Under the pieces are notes generated by a model, which saw nothing but the letters and a program-made list of their open reading frames with translations, made no database searches and had not been told where the DNA came from. Shown piece by piece: positions 37,146 to 47,185 of a stretch of DNA of 64,000 nucleotides. The translations under genes and the position numbers were made by a program. The DNA comes from Candidatus Eremiobacteria bacterium. Its GTDB lineage: Bacteria; Vulcanimicrobiota; Vulcanimicrobiia; Vulcanimicrobiales; Vulcanimicrobiaceae. How positions within the stretch are numbered: position 1 is the stretch's first letter; each line of letters opens with the position of its first letter. The stretch spans positions 1 through 64,000 of the forward strand of contig CAVWUU010000004.1 of assembly GCA_963758295.1 (NCBI GenBank), in the 5' to 3' direction.

Positions 37146-38014
37146 CGTCCGCGTTTGCGCGCCGTAATAGCGAAGCTCGTTGCCCGCGTCAATTGCGGGG
37201 GCAGCGCGTTCGCGGCGGCGGCGGCTTGTATGGTTCTTGCGCTAGCACGAAGTGCTTCGGCGCTCGACGCGTCGAACCAGCGGTACGAAGCAAGATCGAC
37301 GTCCAGATCGAGTCTCGCAATCGTTATATCGCAATTCAGGGCTTGAATGACGGAAGCCACTTGCGGCAATGTAACATAGTTAAATTCGCCGATGCCGCCG
37401 CTAGGCCGGCCGAAAAGTTCAAGCCATAGTTCGGCAACGGGCCGCGACGCAAAAGGGGGCCACGGCATCTCGTAATGCGCTTCAAAAGGACCGCGATAAT
37501 CGGGTGCCCATAGGACGATAGCGCCGCCCGGTTTGGTTACGCGTACCAATTCGTAGAGGACCGACGCCACATCCGACACGTGTTCGATAAACTGGTGGCC
37601 CATCACGATATCAAACGTATTGCTTTCGAATTCCAGAGCCGACGCGTCGCCCTGGCGAATGTGCTGCTGCCATTCGCCGGGATATCCGTACACGGCCGTT
37701 TTCGCATGCGCTACAGCAAGCCTCCGCTCGCTATTGTCGATGCCGTAGGCATCATACCCGCGCTCGAGCATGGAGTAGAGAAACGTGGCAGTGCCGCAAC
37801 CGACTTCGAGAAATCGCAGCGGTAACGAAGGAAGAGCCATTCCGATCGCCGCTTCCAATTCGTTAAAAAGCCTATCGTGCGCGCCTCGGTCCGCAAGGAT
37901 ATGGCGAGCCCTGACAAGCGCAGCTTCGGCAAAGCCGAATTTCGCGTTGTCTTCGTCGATGAGCGCCTCAACGGCGCGCTCCAAGGTCGCTTTAGCTTCT
38001 TTCTCCTCCGGCAT
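37142..38014 (-). CDS. class I SAM-dependent methyltransferase
   Basis: FLEVGCGTA, GID, GDASALEFESNTFDIV, EHV, RVTKPGG. Confidence 0.9.
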   Translation of the reverse strand: MPEEKEAKATLERAVEALIDEDNAKFGFAEAALVRARHILADRGAHDRLFNELEAAIGMALPSLPLRFLEVGCGTATFLYSMLERGYDAYGIDNSERRLAVAHAKTAVYGYPGEWQQHIRQGDASALEFESNTFDIVMGHQFIEHVSDVASVLYELVRVTKPGGAIVLWAPDYRGPFEAHYEMPWPPFASRPVAELWLELFGRPSGGIGEFNYVTLPQVASVIQALNCDITIARLDLDVDLASYRWFDASSAEALRASARTIQAAAAANALPPQLTRATSFAITARKRGR

Positions 38015-38055
38015 GCGGGGGAGTTCCGGTGCTCGCCGCCGGGCCCTTCCACGGC

Positions 38056-38083
38056 TGAAGAGCACCCGGATTTTAACCGATAA
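38056..38083 (+). promoter_or_regulatory. sigma-28-type promoter of the sulfotransferase operon (TGAAG-N15-ACCGATAA)
   Basis: GTG 38091 lies 7 nt after the -10; no SD. Confidence 0.6.
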
Positions 38084-38090
38084 CTCGTTA

Positions 38091-39056
38091 GTGAATAGGC
38101 CGCAAATTATCGTTGTTTTGGGGATGCATCGCTCCGGCACATCGGTTACGACGAATCTTCTCAATGCGTTCGGTGTTCCGTTGAGCGACGACCTCATGGA
38201 GGCCACTCAAGACAACGCGAAGGGATACTTCGAATCTAGAGAAATTTCGCGAGTACAAGACGCGATCTTGGATTCAATGGGCATGTTGTGGCGGACCAGC
38301 AGCCTAGTCGTCCCGTTTCCGCGAAATTGGTGGCATGCACCCGTGGTTCAACAGCACAAGCGCGAACTGGCCCAAATCGTTCGCCGCGAAATGGATCGGC
38401 ACGGCGGCCTTTGGGGCTTCAAAGATCCTCGAACGGCGCGGCTGCTGCCTGTTTGGATCGAGATCTTTCAGGAGTTCGGAATCGATGCAAAGTACGTCCT
38501 CGTCACACGCCATCCGGTCGATGTGGCGAAGTCGCTATTCGCCCGCGAGCAAATCGATCCGATGCACGCGGAGATCATGTGGTTGGAGCACAATGCCGAC
38601 GCACTGCTCCACTTAAACGGCAACATCCACGCTTTAGTCGACTATCGCGGCTGGATCGAAACGCCGGTCGAACAGGCGCAATACATGATTCGCGAATTGG
38701 GCATTGACGCCAGCTATTCGCAAGATGAGTTGCAGTCGATCGTAAAAAGCGTCGTTTCGTCCGACCTGCGCCATCACTTGACCGCGCAGAATACGTACCA
38801 GCTGCCGTTTACCCACCCCATGTACGAAGCGCTGTTGCGGCGTGACAAAACCAATGCCAAGAGCCTAGCCGAAGTTTTCAACATTTCGCGCGGTTTTACG
38901 CAGGTTATCCTGGCGCAGGCCAAGCGCTCCGCCGAAGCGCAAACGCAACAACTTCACGCTATGCTTCAAGCTTCTCACGGAAAAGTTGCAGAGCTGGAAG
39001 CAAAGCTCGCCGCTGCTTCCTTTAGATCCGGGACCGCCGTTGCCAATGACGCCTGA
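38091..39056 (+). CDS. PAPS-dependent sulfotransferase family protein
   Basis: 5'-PSB loop VLGMHRSGTS, NAKGYFE, WGFKDPRT, 3'-PB RHPVDVAKSL; C-terminal coiled coil. Confidence 0.85.
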   Translation: MNRPQIIVVLGMHRSGTSVTTNLLNAFGVPLSDDLMEATQDNAKGYFESREISRVQDAILDSMGMLWRTSSLVVPFPRNWWHAPVVQQHKRELAQIVRREMDRHGGLWGFKDPRTARLLPVWIEIFQEFGIDAKYVLVTRHPVDVAKSLFAREQIDPMHAEIMWLEHNADALLHLNGNIHALVDYRGWIETPVEQAQYMIRELGIDASYSQDELQSIVKSVVSSDLRHHLTAQNTYQLPFTHPMYEALLRRDKTNAKSLAEVFNISRGFTQVILAQAKRSAEAQTQQLHAMLQASHGKVAELEAKLAAASFRSGTAVANDA

Positions 39057-40647
39057 AGATTTGCGCCGTGCCCTGCAAGATTGCGCAGATGTCGATGAAT
39101 CGATGGTTGCGGCGCAGTTAAGCGACGGCGCTGCGGATGTGCGCACGCTGGCGCAAGCTGCAATCGCGCGTACGAAGATCCGTCAGGCTTTGGAGAGCTG
39201 CGCACGTTTGGCCGAACTGCAAGGGTACTCGGATCAAGCAACGCTCGGCGCCGTCGAGCGCCTCGCGCAAATATCGGACGTTGACGTGCCGTATCTCGCC
39301 ACGCTAAAGGGCCTGGGGCTCCAAGCTGCTAAGGCCGGCCAGGTCGACCGCGCAATGGATTTGTTGCAAGGAACGGTTTCACGGGCAATTGCCGCCGGGC
39401 AGCGTCGCGATTCGAAATCGCGCCAGGCGATGCGTTTCACCTACGACCCCGAGATCGGTGGGGCGATTCAGTTGCTTGCGCGGCAGTTCAGCGGACCAAA
39501 CACCGAGCCAAAAGCACGAAGCCCGTTGCGGCTCGTCGTCGTTTCGTCGGGATTGCAAGATGAAGATGCGCCGAGCATCGTGACGCTAAAAAGAAGTGTG
39601 GCATTTCGTCAAGCCGGTTTCGAAATCGAAATCGTCTCTACCGAGCTCGGGAACAGCAACGGAACCGCCATGCTTAGCAAGGCTTTGGCGGTGGGAATTC
39701 CGTTCACACCCATCCCGCCCGGAACATGGCGCCAGCGCGTCGCATGGACGACGAATTTCTTTGCCGCCAACGCCGCGGATGCGGTGATGTACGAAGCTTC
39801 GGGGATGGACCTCTTCGCGCAACTCTTGGCCGCCATACGCATGGCGCCCGTGCAGGTGTGGGGCAACAAGGGCTTTGAACCGCAGGCGGGAGCCTACGAG
39901 ATCGTCGCTCAGAATCTAAGCCCGAACCAAGAGCGCGAAACGCGTTGGCCCGGCGTTTCGAAATTCTATGGCGCCGCCATTGCGTTGGCGGACGAAATCG
40001 ACGCGGCGGTTCCGTTCGAGCGGGCCGAACTCAATCTGCCCTCCGACGCGATCGTGCTCGGAACGTTCGGCCGGACGGAGAAATGTATTTCCGACACGTA
40101 CATCCAGGCTCTTTCGGAAATCTTACGTAGCGATCCGCGAACGCAGCTGCTCCTGGCGGGGCCGGACAATCTCAAACAGATCGAGCTTATCCTCGAGCGC
40201 TTTAACGCAGCAGGTGTAAGAGACCGCGTCCATTATCTCGGTCGCCGCCAAAGCGATGCAGCGCGCTTGGTAAAAACGCTGGATATCTACTGTGACACCC
40301 ACCCGTGGCCCGGCGGACAGAGCCTCCAGGACGCGATGCAGGCCGGTGTGCCGATCGTAGCAATGCGAAAACCTTCGGGATCCACTTTGGATGCGAACGG
40401 CGTATCGGTTAGCGAAGTGGCCGATGTGCTGCTCGGCGGCCTTGTCGAACTCGCGGATTCCGGCGACGTTGCATCTTACGTTCGCATAGCGCTTGCATTA
40501 GCGGCGGACGGCGAATTGCGCCGGCACGTTGGAGCACGGGTTCGGGAAAAGGCCGTGACGCAATGCAGTCTCCGCGTTTCGACCGATAAGCTTGCGGCCG
40601 ACATGATGGAGCTGATCGAGCGACGTCGCCCCGCGTTGAATGTCTAG
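39046..40647 (+). CDS. glycosyltransferase, O-GlcNAc transferase/HMW1C (GT41)-like catalytic half
   Basis: LAAIRMAPVQV, VLGTFGRTEKCI, LDIYCDTHPWPGGQSLQDAMQAGVPIV, YVRIALALAAD. Confidence 0.72.
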   Translation: MTPEDLRRALQDCADVDESMVAAQLSDGAADVRTLAQAAIARTKIRQALESCARLAELQGYSDQATLGAVERLAQISDVDVPYLATLKGLGLQAAKAGQVDRAMDLLQGTVSRAIAAGQRRDSKSRQAMRFTYDPEIGGAIQLLARQFSGPNTEPKARSPLRLVVVSSGLQDEDAPSIVTLKRSVAFRQAGFEIEIVSTELGNSNGTAMLSKALAVGIPFTPIPPGTWRQRVAWTTNFFAANAADAVMYEASGMDLFAQLLAAIRMAPVQVWGNKGFEPQAGAYEIVAQNLSPNQERETRWPGVSKFYGAAIALADEIDAAVPFERAELNLPSDAIVLGTFGRTEKCISDTYIQALSEILRSDPRTQLLLAGPDNLKQIELILERFNAAGVRDRVHYLGRRQSDAARLVKTLDIYCDTHPWPGGQSLQDAMQAGVPIVAMRKPSGSTLDANGVSVSEVADVLLGGLVELADSGDVASYVRIALALAADGELRRHVGARVREKAVTQCSLRVSTDKLAADMMELIERRRPALNV

Positions 40648-41158
40648 CTGTTCGATTCGGCCCGTTGCGGAGGCCGACTTCGCTCGATGGTTGACGTGGA
40701 TTAACCGCCCGGACGTCATGGATGGCCTGGACCGCGCCATCCTCGCGACGCCGGACGGACACCGGCAGTATATCGAACGTCACTTCGGTCCTGGCGGTTT
40801 TCCATGCTTTGCAATCGAGGCCGGCGATGGTACCTACGTCGGAAATATTTGGTTATGGGATGTCCATCCGCGTCACCGGCGCGCCGAAGTGCGGCTGTTT
40901 ATCGGCGACGCCCGATATCGCGGGCGCGGAATAGGCCGCGACGCGATCGTCCTACTATGCGAGTACGCGTTCGCCGAAGGCAGTCTTCACAAGCTGTACG
41001 CCTACGTTCACGAAGGCAATGAGTCGTCGAGGCGCGCCTTTGAAGCCGCCGGCTTTTCTGTTGAGGCCACGTTGGTCGAAGAAGCCGTGCGCGACGGCCG
41101 CTTCACGAACGTTTTTCGAATGGCTCGGGTAAGCTCGGACCGCTCCGCCGATAGCTAG
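40640..41158 (+). CDS. GNAT N-acetyltransferase (RimJ/RimL/PseH-like)
   Basis: YRGRGIG, LHKLYAYVHEGNESSRRAFEAAGF. Confidence 0.88.
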   Translation: MSSCSIRPVAEADFARWLTWINRPDVMDGLDRAILATPDGHRQYIERHFGPGGFPCFAIEAGDGTYVGNIWLWDVHPRHRRAEVRLFIGDARYRGRGIGRDAIVLLCEYAFAEGSLHKLYAYVHEGNESSRRAFEAAGFSVEATLVEEAVRDGRFTNVFRMARVSSDRSADS

Positions 41159-42300
41159 AGGGGCACCGCGGGCCGGGCAACTTCGGCGAGCGCTTCACAG
41201 ACGGTTTCGATCATCGCCTCGCCCATCTGGGGAAAGATCGGCAATCGAGCCAGTCTCCCGCTGAGCGAGTCCGTAAAGGTCATCGCTCCGGAAAGACGCC
41301 CGTATCGGCGCCCGGCCGGCGAAGAATGCAGCGGGATGTAGTGAAACAGCGCGTTGATACCACGCGTGCGAAGCTCTTGTAGTGCGCGATCCCTCGCTTC
41401 GTTATCCGCAAAGAGCACGTAGTAAATATGGCCGTTATGTTCGACGCCCCGCGGAATGATGGGGCGCCGGATTAGACCCGCAGCTTCGAGCGTCTCGAGC
41501 CGCTTGTGATACGCGTTCCACGTCGAGAGACGATCGGATATCAATGCGCCGGCGTGTTCGAGCTGTGCCCAAAGAAATGCGGCGACGATGTCGCTTGGCA
41601 AATACGACGAGCCCGCATCCACCCAGGTGTATTTGTCTACTTGGCCGCGGATGAATTTCGAGCGGTCCGTCCCCTTTTCACGGATGATCTCCGCGCGCTC
41701 GATGTACGTGGGATCGTTGACGAGCAGCGCACCGCCCTCGCCGGATATTAGATTTTTCGTCTCGTGAAAGCTCAGCGCTCCGAGCGCGCCGATTGATCCC
41801 AATTCTCGACCGCCGTATCGGGAACCGACTGCTTGTGCGGCGTCCTCAACGAGCGCAATACCGTAACGGGCCGCGATCTCTTGCAGCACCGACATCTCGC
41901 AGGGGACGCCCGCGTAGTGAACGGCAACGATAGCCTTGGTTCGCGGCGTAATGGCGGCCTCGACGAGCCGCTCGTCGAGATTGAGCGTGTCTTCCCGGAT
42001 GTCGACGAATACCGGCGTAGCACCCCGAAGAACGAACGCGTTCGCCGTGGAGACGAAGGTATACGATGGCATGATAACTTCGTCGCCCGGCCCAATATCC
42101 AGCAACAGCGCCATCATCTCGAGCGCCGCGGTGCACGAATGTGTGAGAAGCGCCGCCGAGGCACCGGTACGCTCCACCAGCCACTTATGAATGCGTTTGG
42201 TAAACGGGCCGTCACCGGAAGTATGCGCTTGTGCCACGGCTTCGGCGATGTATTCGAGTTCCTTGCCCGTAGCATACGGACGGTTAAAGGGTACTTGCAT
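41155..42300 (-). CDS. wecE: dTDP-4-amino-4,6-dideoxygalactose transaminase (DegT family)
   Basis: VPFNRP, LTHSCTAALEM, MPSYTFVSTANAF, EDAAQ, SFHETKN, GEGG, EKGTDRS..VDKYTW, FHYIPLH. Confidence 0.93.
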   Translation of the reverse strand: MQVPFNRPYATGKELEYIAEAVAQAHTSGDGPFTKRIHKWLVERTGASAALLTHSCTAALEMMALLLDIGPGDEVIMPSYTFVSTANAFVLRGATPVFVDIREDTLNLDERLVEAAITPRTKAIVAVHYAGVPCEMSVLQEIAARYGIALVEDAAQAVGSRYGGRELGSIGALGALSFHETKNLISGEGGALLVNDPTYIERAEIIREKGTDRSKFIRGQVDKYTWVDAGSSYLPSDIVAAFLWAQLEHAGALISDRLSTWNAYHKRLETLEAAGLIRRPIIPRGVEHNGHIYYVLFADNEARDRALQELRTRGINALFHYIPLHSSPAGRRYGRLSGAMTFTDSLSGRLARLPIFPQMGEAMIETVCEALAEVARPAVPL

Positions 42301-43018
42301 GCGCGCTTTCGATCCGAAGGAGATGGTGAGGGGCATCCGGGCCGGTCATCATAAGCAAATCGACGATGGAGACGAACGGAGCGAACTCCCCGTGAAGTTG
42401 CGGATAGGCTGCATACGTATAATCGATGTACTCCAACGCTATGCCGGCGTCCGTAAATTGCTGCGGCTCGATGTAGCTGCGGGCAGAAGGCCCGCTGATG
42501 TAGCGCGTTGCGCCGGCTTGTTGTAACGTTGCGATGAGGCGCTGCGTTTTTGCGCCGGAAATTCGCAGTTCAGATGAACGAACGAAACGAGGCTTGAGGC
42601 CGAGGGCATCGGCAATTCGAATCGTGAGACCAATGGTGAAGTCCGCTAATCGATGTGCCTCGCCGGAAACGGCATCCGTTAAGAGAGAAAATGCCCAATC
42701 GAAATGTGGCGCGCGCCGGTAGGCGTGACGAATTGCTTCAAGATGCTTTCGTTGCCAATTGCTGCGATTGTCTATTTCGACGGCATTTATCGCCACATGC
42801 TCCTGAACGTTTCCTTTCGCATGCGTGGGAATGGTAATCCACTGAAGCCCGGTCGCCGTCTTGATCTGGTTTCGATTGCGCCAACCGTGTTTATCGTATT
42901 GCACGTCGTCGTAAAAGACAAACGTATCCGCGCGCCTGATGAGGTCGAAATATCCGCGCCAAGGAAGATACGACGGCTGCACGACCACGACGGTCTGCTC
43001 AGCCGCTGACGAAGCCAC
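42284..43018 (-). CDS. WbqC-like family protein
   Basis: QPSYLPWRGYF, FYDDVQY..WRNRN, YISGPSARSY, SIVDLLM. Confidence 0.9.
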   Translation of the reverse strand: MASSAAEQTVVVVQPSYLPWRGYFDLIRRADTFVFYDDVQYDKHGWRNRNQIKTATGLQWITIPTHAKGNVQEHVAINAVEIDNRSNWQRKHLEAIRHAYRRAPHFDWAFSLLTDAVSGEAHRLADFTIGLTIRIADALGLKPRFVRSSELRISGAKTQRLIATLQQAGATRYISGPSARSYIEPQQFTDAGIALEYIDYTYAAYPQLHGEFAPFVSIVDLLMMTGPDAPHHLLRIESAHASTL

Positions 43019-43020
43019 GA

Positions 43021-43752
43021 TTACGCCGGCGTGAGCTGATGCTGAGACGCCACCAGCTGTGTGGCGCGGTAGAGCGACTCGAATTGACCCGCGTCGGTCC
43101 ACCAACCGTCAAGGACGTCGTAGTACAAATCGCCTTCTTTGATATAGGCGTTGTTGACGTCGGTGATTTCGAGTTCGCCGCGGTCCGACGGCTTGAGCCG
43201 CTTGCAGAAGTCGAAAACGCGACGGTCGTACATGTAGATGCCGGTAACGGCGTACGAGCTCTTCGGCTGTTTCGGCTTTTCCTCGATACGCACGATGCGG
43301 TCACCGTCGAGTTCGGGACAGCCAAAGCGCTCCGGATCGTTTACTTCCTTAAGTAGAATGCGCGCACCGGAATCTTGTTCTTCAAACTTGCGAACGTACG
43401 GCGTGATGTCATCTTGGATGATGTTGTCGCCCAAAATGACCGCGATGCGCTGGCCTTCCGCGAAGTGTTCGCACAACTTGAGCGCGTCGGCGATGCCGCC
43501 TTCACCCTCTTGGTACGTGTAGTAAATGTCTTTCAGGCCGAATTCTTTGCCGTTGCCCAGAAGCCGCAGAAAGTCGCCGGCAGAGTTGCCGCCGGTAACG
43601 ATCATGATGTCCTTGATGCCGGCACGGACGAGCGTCTCGATCGGATAGTAGATCATCGGCTTGTCGTAAATCGGCAGCAGATGTTTGTTTGTAACCTTCG
43701 TCAGCGGCCGCAAACGCGAACCGAGACCACCGGCAAGAATAACGCCCTTCAT
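43021..43752 (-). CDS. rmlA: glucose-1-phosphate thymidylyltransferase
   Basis: GVILAGGLGSRLRPLT..KHLLPIYDKPMIYY, EEKP, RGELEITD, WTDAG. Confidence 0.93.
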   Translation of the reverse strand: MKGVILAGGLGSRLRPLTKVTNKHLLPIYDKPMIYYPIETLVRAGIKDIMIVTGGNSAGDFLRLLGNGKEFGLKDIYYTYQEGEGGIADALKLCEHFAEGQRIAVILGDNIIQDDITPYVRKFEEQDSGARILLKEVNDPERFGCPELDGDRIVRIEEKPKQPKSSYAVTGIYMYDRRVFDFCKRLKPSDRGELEITDVNNAYIKEGDLYYDVLDGWWTDAGQFESLYRATQLVASQHQLTPA

Positions 43753-43760
43753 ATGTTCCT

Positions 43761-44770
43761 TTAGCGATGCGCGTACTGGCGCTTGTAGTAATCCAGAAAT
43801 TCGCCCGACTTCAGCGGTCGCCACCATGCTTCGTTGGTGCGATACCAATCGATGGTGGAGCGTAAGCCTTCATCGAAGTTCATTCGCGGCGGCCCATCCG
43901 AGTGCGCGCGCCTTCGTGGTATCAACCGCATAGCGGCGATCGTGGCCTGCGCGGTCCGTCAACGTGGCGAACGTGCGTGTCCATCGAGCGCCCGCAGCCC
44001 TCGACGAGCAATTGCGTGATCTCCATGTTGGTGCGCGGATTGCCGCCCCCGATGTTGTAAATGTTTCCAAGTTCGCCGTGCTCGAGCACGTGCATGATGC
44101 CGCGCGCGTGATCTTCCACATAGAGCCAATCGCGAATCTGCAGCCCGTCGCCGTACACCGGAACGGTTTGATCGTCGAGCAGGTTCGTGACGAACAGCGG
44201 AATGAGCTTTTCGGGATACTGATACGGACCGTACGTGTTGCTGCCGCGCGTAATGAGTACCGGCGTCTTGAAGGTCGTCCAATAGGCGAGCACTTGCAGA
44301 TCGCCGCCGGCTTTGCTGGCCGAATAGGGGCTGCGCGGATGAAGGCCGTCGGTCTCTACCGACTCGCCTTCCGAAACGTCGCCGTACACTTCGTCGGTCG
44401 AAACTTGCACGTAGCGCGGAATGCCGTGCGCGCGAACCGCTTCGAGCAGCACGTGCGTTCCGAGGATATCGGTGCGCAAGAAATGCTTCGGGATCGAGGA
44501 TCGACCGGTCGACGTGCGTTTCCGCCGCGAAATTCACGATCGCGTCGACGCCGCTCGCCGATCGCGTGCGCGACGGCCGCCGCGATCGCAAATGTCGCCG
44601 CGAACGAACCGGTAGCGCGGGTCGTGCTCGAGGTCGGCACATTCGCCGGGTTGCCGGCATACGTCATCGCGTCGAGATTCGACGATCTCGAGATCTGGGC
44701 GCTCGCGGAGCGCGAGGCGGATGAAGTTCGAGCCGATGAACCCGAGGCCGCCGGTTACTAGCCAGCGCAT
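43761..44770 (-). CDS. rmlB: dTDP-glucose 4,6-dehydratase (multiple indels)
   Basis: VTGGLGFIGSNF, NFAAETHVDRSI, STDEVYG, PYSASK, YQYPEKLIP, RDWLYVEDH, GHDRRYA across frames. Confidence 0.92.
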
Positions 44771-44890
44771 CCGGCATCTTTCGGCGGCATTCGGCCGCCG
44801 TACGGCTGGACCTACGCTCGCTGTGAAGGCGCGTCCGGCTATACTTCGCGGACGTTGCTGCGCTTCTGACGCGGCGCTGTAATTTCACTA

Positions 44891-44972
44891 CGCCCGGCAC
44901 GGAGGCCGGGCGAGATGGTCCCACTAGACACGGCCGCACCGCCAGGATGGCACGCGGCCGGGACCAGAAAGG
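44891..44972 (+). promoter_or_regulatory. structured rpsB leader
   Basis: Hairpin CGCCCGGC-ACGGAG-GCCGGGCG and nested stems TGGTCC/GGACCA, CGGCCGC/GCGGCCG ending just before the SD. Confidence 0.45.
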
Positions 44973-44980
44973 AGTACTCC

Positions 44981-45764
44981 ATGTCCGTCGTTACCATGCG
45001 CGAACTGCTCGAAGCCGGCGTCCACTTCGGTCACCAGACCCGCCGCTGGAACCCGAAGATGAAGCCGTACATCTTCCAAGAGCGCAACGGCATCTACATC
45101 ATCGATCTCGCGCTGACCGTGCAGAAGCTGCGCGAGACCTACGAAGTCGTCAAGCAGATGGCGCGCGAGGGCAAAGTCATTCTTTTCGTCGGCACCAAGA
45201 AGCAAGCGCAGGACGTCGTTCGCGAAGAGGCCGAGCGCGCCGGCACGTTACTTCATCAACCAGCGCTGGCTCGGCGGCACGCTGACCAACTTCTCGACGA
45301 TTCAAAAGCGCATCGCGCGCCTGCGCGAACTCGAGAGCATGAAGGCTCAGGGCGATTTCGACCGCCTGCCCAAAAAAGAAGTCGCGAAGCTGCAGGACGA
45401 GATGAACAAGCTCGAGCGCTTCCTCGGCGGCATCAAAGACATGCACCGCCTGCCCGACGCCGTCTTCATCGTCGATCCGAAGAAAGAGCGCATCGCCGTG
45501 CTCGAAGCGCGCAAGCTGAAGATTCCGATCATCGCCGTCATCGACACGAACTGCGATCCCGACGAAATCGACTATCCGATCCCGGGCAACGACGATGCGA
45601 TTCGCGCCGTCAAGCTGATGGTCGGCAAGATCGCCGACGCGATCATCGAGGGCCGGACCGAGAGCGAAAGCGCCGATGGACGCCACGAGAGCCGCGTACG
45701 CGCGAGCCGCTACGAGGAAGCGCCGACCGCGCCACGCTCGCCGAAGCCGAGAGCCGCCGCCTAG
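44981..45764 (+). CDS. rpsB: 30S ribosomal protein S2 (indels)
   Basis: [45 protein letters not shown]. Confidence 0.97.
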
Positions 45765-45800
45765 CTGCAAGCACGTCACTTCGAAACTGGAGAGATACTG

Positions 45801-46411
45801 GTGTCCACGCAACGTCGTATCAACCCAAAGCCGACGAAATCAAAGCGCTGCGCGAAGAGACCAGCGCGCCGATGATGGATTGCCGCAAGGCGCTCATCGA
45901 AGCCGGCGGCGACATCGCGAAGGCCAAGGCGCTGCTGCTCGAACGCGGCGCCGCGCAGGCCGAGAAGAAGGCCGACCGCATCGCCAACGAAGGCCTCGTC
46001 ACCAGCTACATTCACGCCGGCGGCAAGATCGGCGTGCTGGTGGAGGTCAACAGCGAAACCGACTTCGTCGCGCGCAACCCGAAGTTCGCCGAACTGGCGC
46101 GCGACATCGCGATGCACATCGCGGCGATGTCGCCGCAGTACCTCGACCGCGCCAGCGTTCCGGCCGACGTCGTCGACGCAGCGAGGCGGAGTTCCGCAGC
46201 GGCGGTGCCCGCCGGCAAGCCGCCCGACGTCGCCGAGAAGATCGTCGAAGGCAAGCTGAACAAATGGTACGAGGAGCACGTGCTGCTCGACCAGCCGTTC
46301 GTCAAAGACGATTCGCTCTAGCGTGGGCGACCTCATCAACGCCGCGGTCGGAGCGCTCGGCGAGAAGATCAAGGTCCGCCGCTTCACGAAGTTCGCGCTC
46401 GGGAGAACTAG
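45801..46411 (+). CDS. tsf: elongation factor Ts, short type (indels)
   Basis: [54 protein letters not shown]. Confidence 0.95.
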
Positions 46412-47172
<761 letters not shown>

Positions 47173-47185
47173 GAGGAGCATAACG

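Noticed and set aside
37146..37429. C-terminal extension of the TauE ORF
   Set aside because: Removing one A from the homopolymer near 37130 gives a normal stop at 37145; the extension overlaps the convergent methyltransferase
38023..38050. sigma-28 promoter for the methyltransferase (GGAAG-N15-ACCGGAAC, ATG 8 nt later, minus strand)
   Set aside because: Spacing fits but both boxes are weak and it equally resembles a SigH-like AGG..GAAC promoter; not counted in the regulon
44778..44805. sigma-28 promoter for rmlB (GCCGAAAG 7 nt before ATG, minus strand)
   Set aside because: No recognisable -35 at the correct spacing, and the region is error-rich
44915..46321. RpsB-EF-Ts fusion ORF (468 aa)
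   Set aside because: Produced by indels joining frames; the middle part is out-of-frame nonsense
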